A stretch of 64,000 bases of DNA, taken from contig CAKOHV010000006.1 in the NCBI GenBank assembly GCA_934086145.1, positions 568-64,567 on the forward strand, given 5' to 3'. A model generated the notes under the pieces. That model saw only the letters and a program-made list of their open reading frames with translations. It was not told the origin of the DNA and searched no databases. This document shows positions 48,426 to 58,336 of this stretch, piece after piece. The position numbers and the translations under genes are program-made. The stretch comes from an uncultured Bacilli bacterium (lineage in GTDB: Bacteria > Bacillota_I > Bacilli_A > RF39 > UBA660). Numbering within the stretch: position 1 is the stretch's first letter; every line of letters begins with the position of its first letter.

Positions 48426-50024
48426 ATGATTTTAAAGAAACCATATGGTTTTTTAATCAAACATTTTAAAATAATTAATTTAATTTTATTAGTACCTATT
48501 TTGTATATTATTTTAAAATTTGGTGATATTGCTGGCTTCTTTCGTGACTATGTCGCAGCTAAGTATAATACTCCTGATACTGTTATTGCAGGAAATTATA
48601 TAACTATTTTAACGTATGTTAATTTGTTATTTTTGATTATATATAATTTATTTATATATATCTTAATGAAAAATAAGAAAAAGCCTACTCGAGAATATGC
48701 TCTAAGTGCTATTTATTATATGGTATTATTGGTTTTAACTTTGTTATTTTACAATGCTATGACAGCGATTGAAACTAATAATATTGATGCATCTGGTATA
48801 AATCTAGTTAGAGATATTGCTAATTTTTCACCATTACCGGGTTATGTTATTCTGTTTTTAACTTTTCTAAAATTTTTAGGTTTTAATTTAAAAACTTTTA
48901 GTTTTGATAATAATTTAGATTTACATGTCACAGAAGATGATGAAGCCGAGTTTGAAATTAGGGTAGGACCAGATTCTGCTGTTATTAAGAAAAATATTGT
49001 TCACGCTCTAAGAGAAATAAAATACTATTTATTAGAAAACAGCTTTGTCTTTACTTGTCTTGGCGTTGTTTTATTAATTATGATTTCTTCTTCAATTTAT
49101 ATGCATTTTGGCGTGTACAATAAAAAATATAGTATTAATCAAGCGTTTGCCTTAGATACCTTTACATTATCTTTAAAAGATAGTTATATAACTGATGTTG
49201 ATTACAGTGGTCAAAAGATTGCTGATGATACATATTTCTTAGCGATTGAAATTGGTATTTTAAATAAAAGCTTAAGTACTGCCAGTATTGATAAAAGTAA
49301 TTTTCGTATTTATATTGGAAATGACATAATATATCCTAGTTATGATCGTAGTTCTCGCTTTATTGATATTGGTAAAAGTTACGAAGGACGTGGTATTCAA
49401 AGTGAAACTTCAGATAATTATGTTCTAGTATATGAGCTAAGCCAAAAGCAAATTAAAAAGAGTTATGAAATGCGTATTTTAAGTAGTTTAACTTATGATA
49501 CGGGTAAATTAATTCCTAAATACAAAATAATTACTGTCAAGCCTCAAAATATTATTGAAAAGAAAGTTCTTGGAGAAAGTACTTTAGGTAAAAAATTAAC
49601 TTTAGAGAAAACCTTATTAAAAAATACTCAATATAAATTAAATAGTATTGATTTTGTAAATAGTTATACATATAAATATCAACATTGTTATGGTACAGAC
49701 GATTGTGTTGAAACAACTAATACTATTTCACCTAGTCAAGGTAGTGTTTTAGCAGTAGTTGATGATGAAATAACTTATGACGAAGATTCTTCATATTATA
49801 AAAATAGTCGTCGTAATTTCTATGAAGACTTTACCAAAATAAAATATACTTATGTTAATGGTAACGTCAGTCAAGACTTAACAGCTTCTTTAAAAGATGT
49901 TACACCATCTAGTTTAAAAGGTAAAAAAGTTTTGGAAGTAACTTCACTAGTTAAGAATAGCCAGAATCGTTCTTTAATAATAGATGTTAGAAATCAAGAA
50001 ATTGTAATTAAAATAGATAATTAA
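48426..50024 (+). CDS. Polytopic membrane protein with a large C-terminal extracytoplasmic beta-rich (DUF4352-like) domain
   Basis: Four or five TM segments in the first 160 aa and another TM near aa 215-235. YFLAIEIGILNKSLSTASIDKSNFRIYIGND resembles the DUF4352 Ig-like pattern. Confidence 0.5.
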   Translation: MILKKPYGFLIKHFKIINLILLVPILYIILKFGDIAGFFRDYVAAKYNTPDTVIAGNYITILTYVNLLFLIIYNLFIYILMKNKKKPTREYALSAIYYMVLLVLTLLFYNAMTAIETNNIDASGINLVRDIANFSPLPGYVILFLTFLKFLGFNLKTFSFDNNLDLHVTEDDEAEFEIRVGPDSAVIKKNIVHALREIKYYLLENSFVFTCLGVVLLIMISSSIYMHFGVYNKKYSINQAFALDTFTLSLKDSYITDVDYSGQKIADDTYFLAIEIGILNKSLSTASIDKSNFRIYIGNDIIYPSYDRSSRFIDIGKSYEGRGIQSETSDNYVLVYELSQKQIKKSYEMRILSSLTYDTGKLIPKYKIITVKPQNIIEKKVLGESTLGKKLTLEKTLLKNTQYKLNSIDFVNSYTYKYQHCYGTDDCVETTNTISPSQGSVLAVVDDEITYDEDSSYYKNSRRNFYEDFTKIKYTYVNGNVSQDLTASLKDVTPSSLKGKKVLEVTSLVKNSQNRSLIIDVRNQEIVIKIDN

Positions 50025-50048
50025 AAAGTGATTTTATTCACTTTTTTT
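50024..50048 (+). terminator. Rho-independent terminator
   Basis: aaaagtga-ttttat-tcactttt followed by a T run. Confidence 0.75.
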
Positions 50049-50129
50049 GTTTGGGTATCTTTTTCGATAAAACGATTCAATACAATGATATAATATAAAT
50101 ATAAAATAGTTTAATATGGAGATGATATT

Positions 50130-51266
50130 ATGGATAATCTAGATTCTAAAAAAAATAACTCTGATATTGTTGTAAATGATAAGATTAATGTTGAAGAAAA
50201 AATAGATGAATTAGTAGAAGAAATCAGAAGTCAAAATTTTCGTGGGACTGATGAGGAAATCAAAATTCAACAAATATTATATTTTGATCGTTATGTTAAG
50301 GAGCACATTGATTATGCCTTTGCAGCTTTATCGTATCAAGACAATTTATTAAAACAAGGAATAACAAGAATAGATTCGAATCCTTATAAAAGTGCTTTTT
50401 TAGATGAAGGCTTCTTTAAAGAAAATGAACATGGTCAAAGATTTGCTGTATGTGGCAGTATCAGTTCAGTTGCAAATAAAGTTTTAAATAAATTAGGAAT
50501 AAAATGCTCTTATGTTTATGGGCATATTAATATGGGAACACCAGAGAATCCTCATTATGTAGGACATAGATGGAATATCGTTGAACTTGGTAATAAACAA
50601 TATATGCTCGATTTTACTATGGCTATGGTAATCCATAATAAAGATAAAAACGAGGATTATAGAGAAGACGTTTTACGAGTCATAGATAGTGATGATTTGA
50701 AAAGTGAATACAGTTATTTGTTTACTGATTCTCTTGGGACGAAAAAAATAATTGATGGTTTTAAGATTGAAGCAAATGGTAAAGTTAATCATGATGCAAT
50801 GGATTTGCAAAATGCTATAACAGATCCGTATCAAAAGTATCCTAATTTAGGACGAAAACAAGAATCAGAATTTCTAAATATTGGTCGAAAAAAGGATGAG
50901 GCTAGTGGGTTTAATGAATCAAGTAACATTGTTGAACAATCGCCAAGCATAACCCAAGGCTCAGAGACCATTCAATCTAAAAGAATAAATAGTGTATCAT
51001 CTTTTAAAACAAAAGAGAACTTTGATTCAAGAAGTCAATCGGAACTTCAAACTGCTAACAAATTAAAAGAAAAAAACATGATTATCAAACAACAAAAAGC
51101 TCAACAAAAGAACTTAGACAAACCACTAAGTAAGATTTTAACTAGAAAGTCAAACACTAATTCAGAATCTTTAACAGGTGGATATGCTAATCTTGAAATA
51201 TTAGCGCTTATAGTAAGCTCTATTGCTACTATTTTAAACATCTTGATATATTATATTTGTAAATAG
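50130..51266 (+). CDS. Tail-anchored protein with a transglutaminase-like cysteine-protease head
   Basis: No signal peptide. FAVCGSISSVANKVLNKLGI...YVGHRWNIVEL...YMLDFT gives the Cys-His-Asp transglutaminase-core order. C-terminal GGYANLEILALIVSSIATILNILIYYICK. Confidence 0.65.
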   Translation: MDNLDSKKNNSDIVVNDKINVEEKIDELVEEIRSQNFRGTDEEIKIQQILYFDRYVKEHIDYAFAALSYQDNLLKQGITRIDSNPYKSAFLDEGFFKENEHGQRFAVCGSISSVANKVLNKLGIKCSYVYGHINMGTPENPHYVGHRWNIVELGNKQYMLDFTMAMVIHNKDKNEDYREDVLRVIDSDDLKSEYSYLFTDSLGTKKIIDGFKIEANGKVNHDAMDLQNAITDPYQKYPNLGRKQESEFLNIGRKKDEASGFNESSNIVEQSPSITQGSETIQSKRINSVSSFKTKENFDSRSQSELQTANKLKEKNMIIKQQKAQQKNLDKPLSKILTRKSNTNSESLTGGYANLEILALIVSSIATILNILIYYICK

Positions 51267-51394
51267 AGTAGAGTATGTAATTTTTTTCAATAGTAATCTT
51301 TAATTAACTACCATAAAGATTTTCTTTTAAAATAAGGCACTTTTTTATATAACATATTATTCTTTATATGCTTAGCATCGCAATGTTATTATAC

Positions 51395-51423
51395 AAAAAG
51401 AGACTTCAATCAAAGTCTCTTTT
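51395..51423. terminator. Bidirectional hairpin terminator
   Basis: aaagagactt-caatca-aagtctcttt flanked by an A run and a T run. Confidence 0.65.
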
Positions 51424-51563
51424 GAATACTAATTTTGAGCCAATGTCGTAGATATCTCCAACTTACTCACAATAATAAAAGCTCTTTTATTGCTAACAAT
51501 AAATTTCTTTAATATAAATAAATAATTGCTAAAACTATGTTACTTTATTAAAACTCTAATTTT

Positions 51564-51944
51564 TTATCTCTTTACTATATAAAAGGATACTTTTGTCTCT
51601 GTCAATCCATGTTTTGCAGTTATTTCAATATGGTATTCACCTTTTTCTCTTATATATGAAGTTACATCATCAATATATTTGCCAGTATATATTTTTTTAT
51701 AAGGATTCGTAATTCTTGTAATTGCTAAATGGGTATATTTAGTATCAGTATTTTGTTTCATATTTTGCTCATTATTCGTACATTCCATTTGAAGTTTCCC
51801 GTAATAGCAACTATATGAGTCAATGTCTATTATATATTTATTAGAACCATCATTATAAAAAAAGCAACCTGTATCATCATCTTTAATATAACTATTGCCC
51901 ATATATACACTATTTAGATTAACTAAAAATGGTATGATTGGCAT
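51564..51944 (-). CDS. Hypothetical protein, or the C-terminal part of a frameshifted gene
   Basis: 126-aa ORF. Its ATG uses the last A of an A7 tract that lies inside the upstream ORF. Confidence 0.45.
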   Translation of the reverse strand: MPIIPFLVNLNSVYMGNSYIKDDDTGCFFYNDGSNKYIIDIDSYSCYYGKLQMECTNNEQNMKQNTDTKYTHLAITRITNPYKKIYTGKYIDDVTSYIREKGEYHIEITAKHGLTETKVSFYIVKR

Positions 51945-52261
51945 TTTTTTGTTGAAATATATGAAACGGCAATTTGTTTATTATTTACTGTTACATAATA
52001 ATATCTAGCTGTAGATGGTGAAGCACCAAAAATATTATATAATTGAATCGTACCAAAAAATATTTTGATCATGGTAATTATTATTAAAATAAGCGATGTA
52101 ATAATTATTATTTTCTTTTTTCTTGCTTTCCTTATTTTGTTATCAAGTTTATTCATTTCAATAAGTAATTCCTGGTGCTTTTTTAATTCTTCTTCACTTA
52201 ATATAACAGTTGAATTATTTTTATTCACATAACCACACCCATTTATTAAATCGATTACCAT
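51923..52261 (-). CDS. Hypothetical single-TM protein, or the N-terminal part of a frameshifted gene
   Basis: 112-aa ORF with a cytoplasmic coiled segment and TM IIIITSLILIIITMIKIFF. Overlaps the next ORF by 22 nt. Confidence 0.45.
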   Translation of the reverse strand: MVIDLINGCGYVNKNNSTVILSEEELKKHQELLIEMNKLDNKIRKARKKKIIIITSLILIIITMIKIFFGTIQLYNIFGASPSTARYYYVTVNNKQIAVSYISTKKCQSYHF

Positions 52262-52663
52262 TTTTCACTTTATTAACAATATATAGAATTAAATTTTAAT
52301 AAATAATACAATTATGATTGTCACAAAGTATTTAATAAAGTAAATTGAAATTAATAACATATTTTACTCTATAACATTTTTGACATTTATTAAACCTAAA
52401 AATTTTTTTGTTAAAGCTGTACTTCCTTTAGGCAAAGTTATTAAATGCTAGAAAAGTAGTATTATTTATAATGCTTTTTGGTGGTTCTAAGCGAATTAAA
52501 TCAGAGATGTTGATAATTTTAAAAGCTACCATTGCTAACCTTTATGTAGAATTGCAAAAATCACAATAAACACTAATTTTTTTGTTATTCATCAATAAGT
52601 ATTTCTTGTTCGATAAGATTAATCATAAACGCTATCTTTGCTTTAAATGTTTTTTGGTAAAAC

Positions 52664-52731
52664 AAAAAAAATCAATCTTTCGATTGATTCATATATCAAG
52701 TTCAATTAAACAACTTGAACAAAATTTTTAA
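52664..52731 (-). repeat. Two-hairpin 3' trailer/terminator module, copy 3 (after tRNA-Cys)
   Basis: The reverse strand reads gttcaa-gttgtttaa-ttgaac, ttgatatatg, aatcaatc-gaaa-gattgatt, T run. The organisation and core match copies 1 and 2. Confidence 0.75.
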
Positions 52732-52805
52732 TGGAGGGGCCTACCGGATTTGAACCGGTGCTCAAGGAGTTGCAGTCCTTTGCCTTACCACTTGGCTAAA
52801 GCCCC
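52732..52805 (-). tRNA. tRNA-Cys (anticodon GCA)
   Basis: The reverse complement is GGGGCTTTAGCCAAGTGGTAAGGCAAAGGACTGCAACTCCTTGAGCACCGGTTCAAATCCGGTAGGCCCCTCCA: acceptor GGGGCTT/AGGCCCC, anticodon arm AAGGA-CTGCAAC-TCCTT, U73 discriminator, encoded CCA. Confidence 0.92.
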
Positions 52806-52844
52806 ATTTGTATGCGAAAATATTCACACCTTCACATACATCTC

Positions 52845-52873
52845 ATTTTACACTAAACCCTTTGCTTTGTCAA
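52845..52873 (-). promoter_or_regulatory. tRNA-Cys promoter (TTGACA-17-TAAAAT on the reverse strand)
   Basis: Reverse strand has TTGACA (52873-52868), a 17-nt spacer and TAAAAT (52850-52845), about 40 nt upstream of the tRNA 5' end. Confidence 0.65.
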
Positions 52874-52948
52874 TTATTCCATTTCAATAAAATCGAAAAA
52901 CACACGTTTTTTTGTAAATTGTACTCTTTACTCTAAACTAAAGCCAGT

Positions 52949-54160
52949 TTATTTAAAATATTTTATTGTAAATGTTGAGCCTTTTTTTAAAATTGAATCA
53001 ACAATTATATAGCCATTATCTTTTTCAATAATTTTTTTAGCCAGTGCTAATCCTATTCCAATACTATTTTCTGATGAATTTTTTCCTTTGTAAAATCTTT
53101 CAAAAATATGTTTTAAATCTTCTTTGTCAATGCCGACTCCATAATCTTTTATAATTATTTTAGTAAATAAATCATTTGTATTATAGCTTATCTCAATTAT
53201 GGAATTTTCTGAGGAGTGTTCGACACAATTTTTTACAATGTTTGTCAAAGCTTCTACTTGCCAGTTATAATCACAAAATAATTTTTCGTTTTTATTCCCT
53301 TTAATAATTATATTTATATTTTTTAAATCACATAAAATAGCCAAATTATCTTTAACTTCTTCCAACATACTGTTGATAAACACTTTGTTATCAACAAATG
53401 TTATTGTGTCTGCATCAAATTTTGAAAGCTTTAGTAGAGATTGAATCAAAAAATTAATATGAATTACTTTTTTATGGATATTTGTTAACATCTTTTTTTC
53501 ATTTTCGTTATCAATACTATTGTCTTTTAATAAATTTTCAATCATTAGTGTCATTGAAGTTAATGGTGTTTTAATTTGATGCGAAATATCAGATAATGAA
53601 TTCTTTAAAGAAGCCTTTTCATTTGTTAAATTGATAGTTTGTTCATTTAACTTGACTGCAGTTTTATATATTTCATTTTTCAAAATAGAAAGTTCATCTT
53701 CATTATTTTTTAAAATATCAAGTTTGTAGTTATTATTGTTAATTTCTTTTAAATAACTAGTAATTTCTTTTATTTTATTATTTTCATTCTTTTTATAAAT
53801 AATAAATACATATAATATCAAAATAATATATATTATTAAGACAATACTATTTACTATAATAATTTCTTTAATAATTTTTTCTTCTTTTAAACTGATGTTA
53901 TTTTCTTTTATATCTATGCCATATCTTTTTAATAATTGACTATTCTCTAACTTATTACTATTTAATATTTTTACAATGTCTTCTTCCTCTAAATTAGGGT
54001 ATTTTTTTTGTACTTCATTAATGATGTTGGCAATTAATAAATTATTAGTATACTGTGTCTTTTTTAAAAATGAAAAGTTAATTGTAATTAAAATTCCTAT
54101 TAAAAATAAAGTTAAAACGCTAAAATATATAATTAAATTTTTAAAGTTTTTATTTTTCAT
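52949..54160 (-). CDS. Sensor histidine kinase (two-TM, HisKA plus HATPase_c)
   Basis: H box SHQIKTPLTS, N box NCVEHS, G boxes DYGVGI and GIGLALAKK. The ATG at 54160 overlaps the regulator's stop. Confidence 0.88.
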   Translation of the reverse strand: MKNKNFKNLIIYFSVLTLFLIGILITINFSFLKKTQYTNNLLIANIINEVQKKYPNLEEEDIVKILNSNKLENSQLLKRYGIDIKENNISLKEEKIIKEIIIVNSIVLIIYIILILYVFIIYKKNENNKIKEITSYLKEINNNNYKLDILKNNEDELSILKNEIYKTAVKLNEQTINLTNEKASLKNSLSDISHQIKTPLTSMTLMIENLLKDNSIDNENEKKMLTNIHKKVIHINFLIQSLLKLSKFDADTITFVDNKVFINSMLEEVKDNLAILCDLKNINIIIKGNKNEKLFCDYNWQVEALTNIVKNCVEHSSENSIIEISYNTNDLFTKIIIKDYGVGIDKEDLKHIFERFYKGKNSSENSIGIGLALAKKIIEKDNGYIIVDSILKKGSTFTIKYFK

Positions 54161-54809
54161 CACTATCAATGCGATAACCAATTCCTTTTAAGGTAATGAT
54201 TATGTTATCTCCTATCTTTTCTCTTATTCTTTTTAAATAAACAGTCACTGTATTATCATTAACTTCATTTCCTGTGCAATCCCATATGTATTCAATAATC
54301 ATTTCTCTCGTCACAACTTTATTTAAATTATTAATAAGTAACATAAATATTTTCAATTCTAAACTAGTTAACTTTATTTCTGTATCATTTTTATATATTG
54401 TCATTTTATCTACATCAATAATTACATCTTTAATTTTTATTTGATTATTATTAGCATATCTTCTCACAATCTTTTTGATTCTAAGAATTAACTCTCTAGA
54501 CAAAAAAGGTTTAGTGATATAATCTTCAGCTCCGTTTTCAAGGCAAGAGACTATTGATTCCTCGTCATCTTTAGCTGTCAAAAAAATTGTTGGTTTATCA
54601 AGTTCTTTAATAAATTTACAGTATAAATCATACCCATTTCCATCATTTAGCATGATATCTAATATAAATAAATCAAAATTACTTTCATAAATAATTTTTC
54701 TTGCTTCTTTATAGGTCTTAGCACATACAACTATATATCCTTCTTTTTCTAAAAGACATTGCAAATTATTTAAAATATCGGTATTATCTTCTACTAAAAG
54801 TATTTTCAT
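54150..54809 (-). CDS. OmpR-family response regulator
   Basis: MKILLVEDN...LDIMLNDGNGYD receiver and a winged-helix C-terminus (LTSLELKIFMLL...VTVYLKRIREK). Confidence 0.9.
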   Translation of the reverse strand: MKILLVEDNTDILNNLQCLLEKEGYIVVCAKTYKEARKIIYESNFDLFILDIMLNDGNGYDLYCKFIKELDKPTIFLTAKDDEESIVSCLENGAEDYITKPFLSRELILRIKKIVRRYANNNQIKIKDVIIDVDKMTIYKNDTEIKLTSLELKIFMLLINNLNKVVTREMIIEYIWDCTGNEVNDNTVTVYLKRIREKIGDNIIITLKGIGYRIDSDEK

Positions 54810-54863
54810 ATTCCACCTCCCCAGTATTATACAATATTATTAAAAAAAACATCTAAGGAATTG

Positions 54864-57548
54864 TTAGATGTTTTCATTACGAATTGTTTCAATAACATTT
54901 TGCTTATTTATTTTATTAATTGTAAATTTCATTATTAAGAATATTAAAATAAATACTGCACAAATAGAAATTAGTATTGCTCCAATTGGTAAAGAGTAGG
55001 TTATACCAGATGAGTCATTAAGTCCTTTATATATCAATAATGATAATCCTAAACCTATTGGTATACCAATAATTAATGATTTTACTCCGTAAAATAAACT
55101 TTCTAAACGAATCATTCTATTAAATTCTTTCTTTGTCATCCCAACACTTCTAAGAATAGCAAATTCTTTACTTCTTAATTCCATACTAGTTGTTATTGTA
55201 TTAAATATATTCGTAATTCCAATTAAGGCAATAACAATAATAAATCCATATAAGAAAATAGCAACTAAAGTAAAGAATGAATTCATTTGTTTTACTTCTT
55301 CATTTAAATTATATAAATTATATTCATAGTTTTTTCCAATATATTGTTCTATTTCATCTTGAATATTATCAGCATTTTCAGCATCTAAATAGATCATTTC
55401 AGTATCTGTTATATTTCCATCAGACAATGTTTTATTAAAATATTCATCACTAACTACAATGATAGGGGTACTTGAAAAGTAATATTGTAAACCGAAAGGT
55501 CTTTCTGTTGTAACTGATACCAAAGTAAGTTCATACTTTTTATCATTGCTGTATAACATTAATTTATCATCTTTTTTATTTTTAAATATATTAATTGATT
55601 TTTTTATTACCCCGTCACCATTTGGATCATTAACCCAAGTAATAGAGTTGTTAATTAATATTCCTTTATCTTTAGCATCATCATAATTTATATTTAATTT
55701 TTTTAAATAATCTTTATAAGATTTATCTCCTACACGATAAACCAAAATAGTTGTTTCATTATCTAAAGTTATTTTATTACCATTTTCATCAACAGATTCA
55801 TAAGTATCACTATCAAAATAGTCATCAGCAAATAAACTTTTGTATTCATCTGTAAATTTTGCATCTTTATTTTTAATACTTAAATATCCATATGATACTA
55901 TTGCATAATTATTAATACCATCAAAAGATGTTACATTATGCATAGCTTTACTTACATCTTTATCTTTTAAATCATAAGTAACACTTACATTATATTCATT
56001 TTCCCCATACATGTTTTTTACTGATGAAAAAGCTAATTTTATAAAGGAAGCTAAAGCAATAAAGACAGCTACACATACGATAATTGAAATGACAGTTGTA
56101 CGATATTTCTTTTTATTTCTCTTTAGATTTTTATATGATATGTCTCCACCAATACCAAATATTTTTTTTATGTATTTAGGACTTTTTATTTTCTTGGCAT
56201 TTATTTTAATGTCACCACTATTGGTTATTGATTCTATAGGACTAACTTTAGAAGCCTTATGAGCACTTCCCCAAGCTGATAAATACAATGTAATAAAGCC
56301 AATTAAAATTGCTATAAAGACTGGGTAAATGTTAAATGCAAATACTAATTTAAATCCAACTGACATAAATCCAACTAGAAAAATATTACTAATAATAATT
56401 AATAAGTATGACGCAATAACACCAAGTAAAATACCTAGTGGAATTCCTATTAAACCTAGTATAAAAGCTTCATAATAAACATTATGTTTAATTTGTTTAC
56501 TTGTTGCTCCAACACTAGCCAACATTCCGTATTGTTTTATTTTTTCTGTTATTGAAATACTAAAACTATTTTTTATACAAAATACTGAAGTAAAAATAAT
56601 TATAGATACAACTATTAGTACAACTACTCCTAAACTACGCATTGTTGATTCTTGAAAACTTCCTTTTTCTAATTCGACTAGGTACGAATTTATATCAAAA
56701 TTACTACAAATAGAATTATCTAATTGCTTTGAAATTTCCATACTTTCATCATCAGTAAGGGGATTCTCTCCGGTAATATAATTTTTTAATAAAGTCTCAT
56801 CAACATCCAATATATCAGCAGTTACTTTAAAATCCTCTTTTAAAATCTTCTTATAATATCTAACATAGATATCCAAGTCTTTATTTTTATCATAGTCATC
56901 TAAATATGTTATAAAAGTATAACCAGGTGCCGTATATGGCTCTATTGTTGTATTAGGTCTTTCAATTATTCCAACAATTTCATAAGTTATTTCTTTAGTC
57001 TCTTCTAATTTTTCCTCATTTTCTTCTGAATATGGATTGTTTTGCCCTAATTCATAGCCATCACTAGTTCTTTTTCCAACTTTCAACGTAATTTTGTCTC
57101 CAACTTTATAGCTAATTCGTCCATTAGTTTTTAAGTGCGTTGGAATAACTATTTCTTTGTTACTTTCAGGTATTCTTCCTTCAACTAAATTTATTCCCAG
57201 ATTATCAAAACTTTTTTTGTCAAAGGCTTCTATAAAAGCATAAGGTTTATTTTCATTTTGACAATCTTCTAATGAAGCGTATCCAACTTCTTGTGTTACA
57301 TAATAATTTTCAACATCTCGGTTTTCCTTAAAATATTTTATATTTTTTTCTTCTACATTTCTAAATACATAGTGGAAATTACCTTTTTTACTTATTTCAT
57401 ATTTTATTAAAGAGGCATTGGCACTAAAGAAGAGGGTAGCTACAGCTGTAATTAAGGCAACTGATAATATAACACCAATGATAGTAACAATTGTCCTTTT
57501 TTTATTTAATTTTAAATTCTTGATCGTTAATTTGTTAAGCAAGTTCAT
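54864..57548 (-). CDS. ABC transporter permease with two FtsX-type domains (MacB/BceB-like), 894 aa
   Basis: N-terminal TM, a large extracytoplasmic region and 3 TMs, then the same arrangement again. Adjacent to the MacB-type ATPase. Confidence 0.85.
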   Translation of the reverse strand: MNLLNKLTIKNLKLNKKRTIVTIIGVILSVALITAVATLFFSANASLIKYEISKKGNFHYVFRNVEEKNIKYFKENRDVENYYVTQEVGYASLEDCQNENKPYAFIEAFDKKSFDNLGINLVEGRIPESNKEIVIPTHLKTNGRISYKVGDKITLKVGKRTSDGYELGQNNPYSEENEEKLEETKEITYEIVGIIERPNTTIEPYTAPGYTFITYLDDYDKNKDLDIYVRYYKKILKEDFKVTADILDVDETLLKNYITGENPLTDDESMEISKQLDNSICSNFDINSYLVELEKGSFQESTMRSLGVVVLIVVSIIIFTSVFCIKNSFSISITEKIKQYGMLASVGATSKQIKHNVYYEAFILGLIGIPLGILLGVIASYLLIIISNIFLVGFMSVGFKLVFAFNIYPVFIAILIGFITLYLSAWGSAHKASKVSPIESITNSGDIKINAKKIKSPKYIKKIFGIGGDISYKNLKRNKKKYRTTVISIIVCVAVFIALASFIKLAFSSVKNMYGENEYNVSVTYDLKDKDVSKAMHNVTSFDGINNYAIVSYGYLSIKNKDAKFTDEYKSLFADDYFDSDTYESVDENGNKITLDNETTILVYRVGDKSYKDYLKKLNINYDDAKDKGILINNSITWVNDPNGDGVIKKSINIFKNKKDDKLMLYSNDKKYELTLVSVTTERPFGLQYYFSSTPIIVVSDEYFNKTLSDGNITDTEMIYLDAENADNIQDEIEQYIGKNYEYNLYNLNEEVKQMNSFFTLVAIFLYGFIIVIALIGITNIFNTITTSMELRSKEFAILRSVGMTKKEFNRMIRLESLFYGVKSLIIGIPIGLGLSLLIYKGLNDSSGITYSLPIGAILISICAVFILIFLIMKFTINKINKQNVIETIRNENI

Positions 57549-57550
57549 TT

Positions 57551-58222
57551 TTAATCCTCCTCAACAATATGGCCGTCTTCAATTTTTATTATTCTATCTG
57601 CCAAGGCAGCAATTTCTAAATTATGTGTTATCATAACAATTGTTTGTTTAAATTTTTTATTAGATATTTTTAATAATTCGATAATTTCGTCACTGGCTTT
57701 AGAATCTAAGTTACCGGTTGGTTCATCTGCTAAAATAATTGCTGGATGGGTAATCATTGCTCTTCCTATTGAAGTTCTTTGTTGTTGTCCTCCTGATAAC
57801 TCGTTTGGTAAATGTGTTCTTCTTTTTTCTAAGCCCAATGTTTTCATTAGATTATTAAGTTCATCTTTATCAACTTCTCTGTTGTCTAATTCCAAAGGTA
57901 ATACAATATTTTCTTCAACATTTAAAATTGGAATTAAGTTATAAAACTGATAAATTAGGCCAATTTGTCGACGGCGAAAAATAGCTAAAGTATCATCATC
58001 CATTTGATAAATATCTTCACCATTAATAAATACTTTCCCACGTGTTGGTCTATCAACGCCACCAATTAGATGTAACAAAGTTGATTTACCACTACCACTA
58101 GCCCCAACTATTGCGACAAATTCACCTTGATTAACTGAAAAAGAAACATCATCAAGTGCCACAACTCTTGTATCTCCTTTTCCATAAATTTTGGTTAAAT
58201 TCTTAACTTTTAATATTTCCAT
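57551..58222 (-). CDS. ABC transporter ATP-binding protein (MacB/LolD-like)
   Basis: GASGSGKSTLLH Walker A, LSGGQQQR signature, ILADEPTGNLD Walker B. The ATG at 58222 (MEILKVKNL) lies behind AAAGGAAG. Confidence 0.93.
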   Translation of the reverse strand: MEILKVKNLTKIYGKGDTRVVALDDVSFSVNQGEFVAIVGASGSGKSTLLHLIGGVDRPTRGKVFINGEDIYQMDDDTLAIFRRRQIGLIYQFYNLIPILNVEENIVLPLELDNREVDKDELNNLMKTLGLEKRRTHLPNELSGGQQQRTSIGRAMITHPAIILADEPTGNLDSKASDEIIELLKISNKKFKQTIVMITHNLEIAALADRIIKIEDGHIVEED

Positions 58223-58336
58223 AAATTTCTTCCTTTCTTTTTCAATTATATTCTTTGAAAGTGACAACTAAATGACTTATTAAGCAAATTTCTAATAATC
58301 ATGTTATAATTAATAAGACAAAATGGAGTGGTACTT

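Noticed and set aside
52262-52731. Possible gene remnant in the 470-bp spacer. Reverse-strand fragments read MVAFKIINISDLIRLEPPKSIINNTTFLAFNNFA and, in another frame, LPKGSTALTKKFLGLINVKNVIE.
   Set aside because: There are only short fragments broken by stops and a frameshift, and I cannot tie them to a family by eye. This is too weak to annotate. A tblastx search would settle it.
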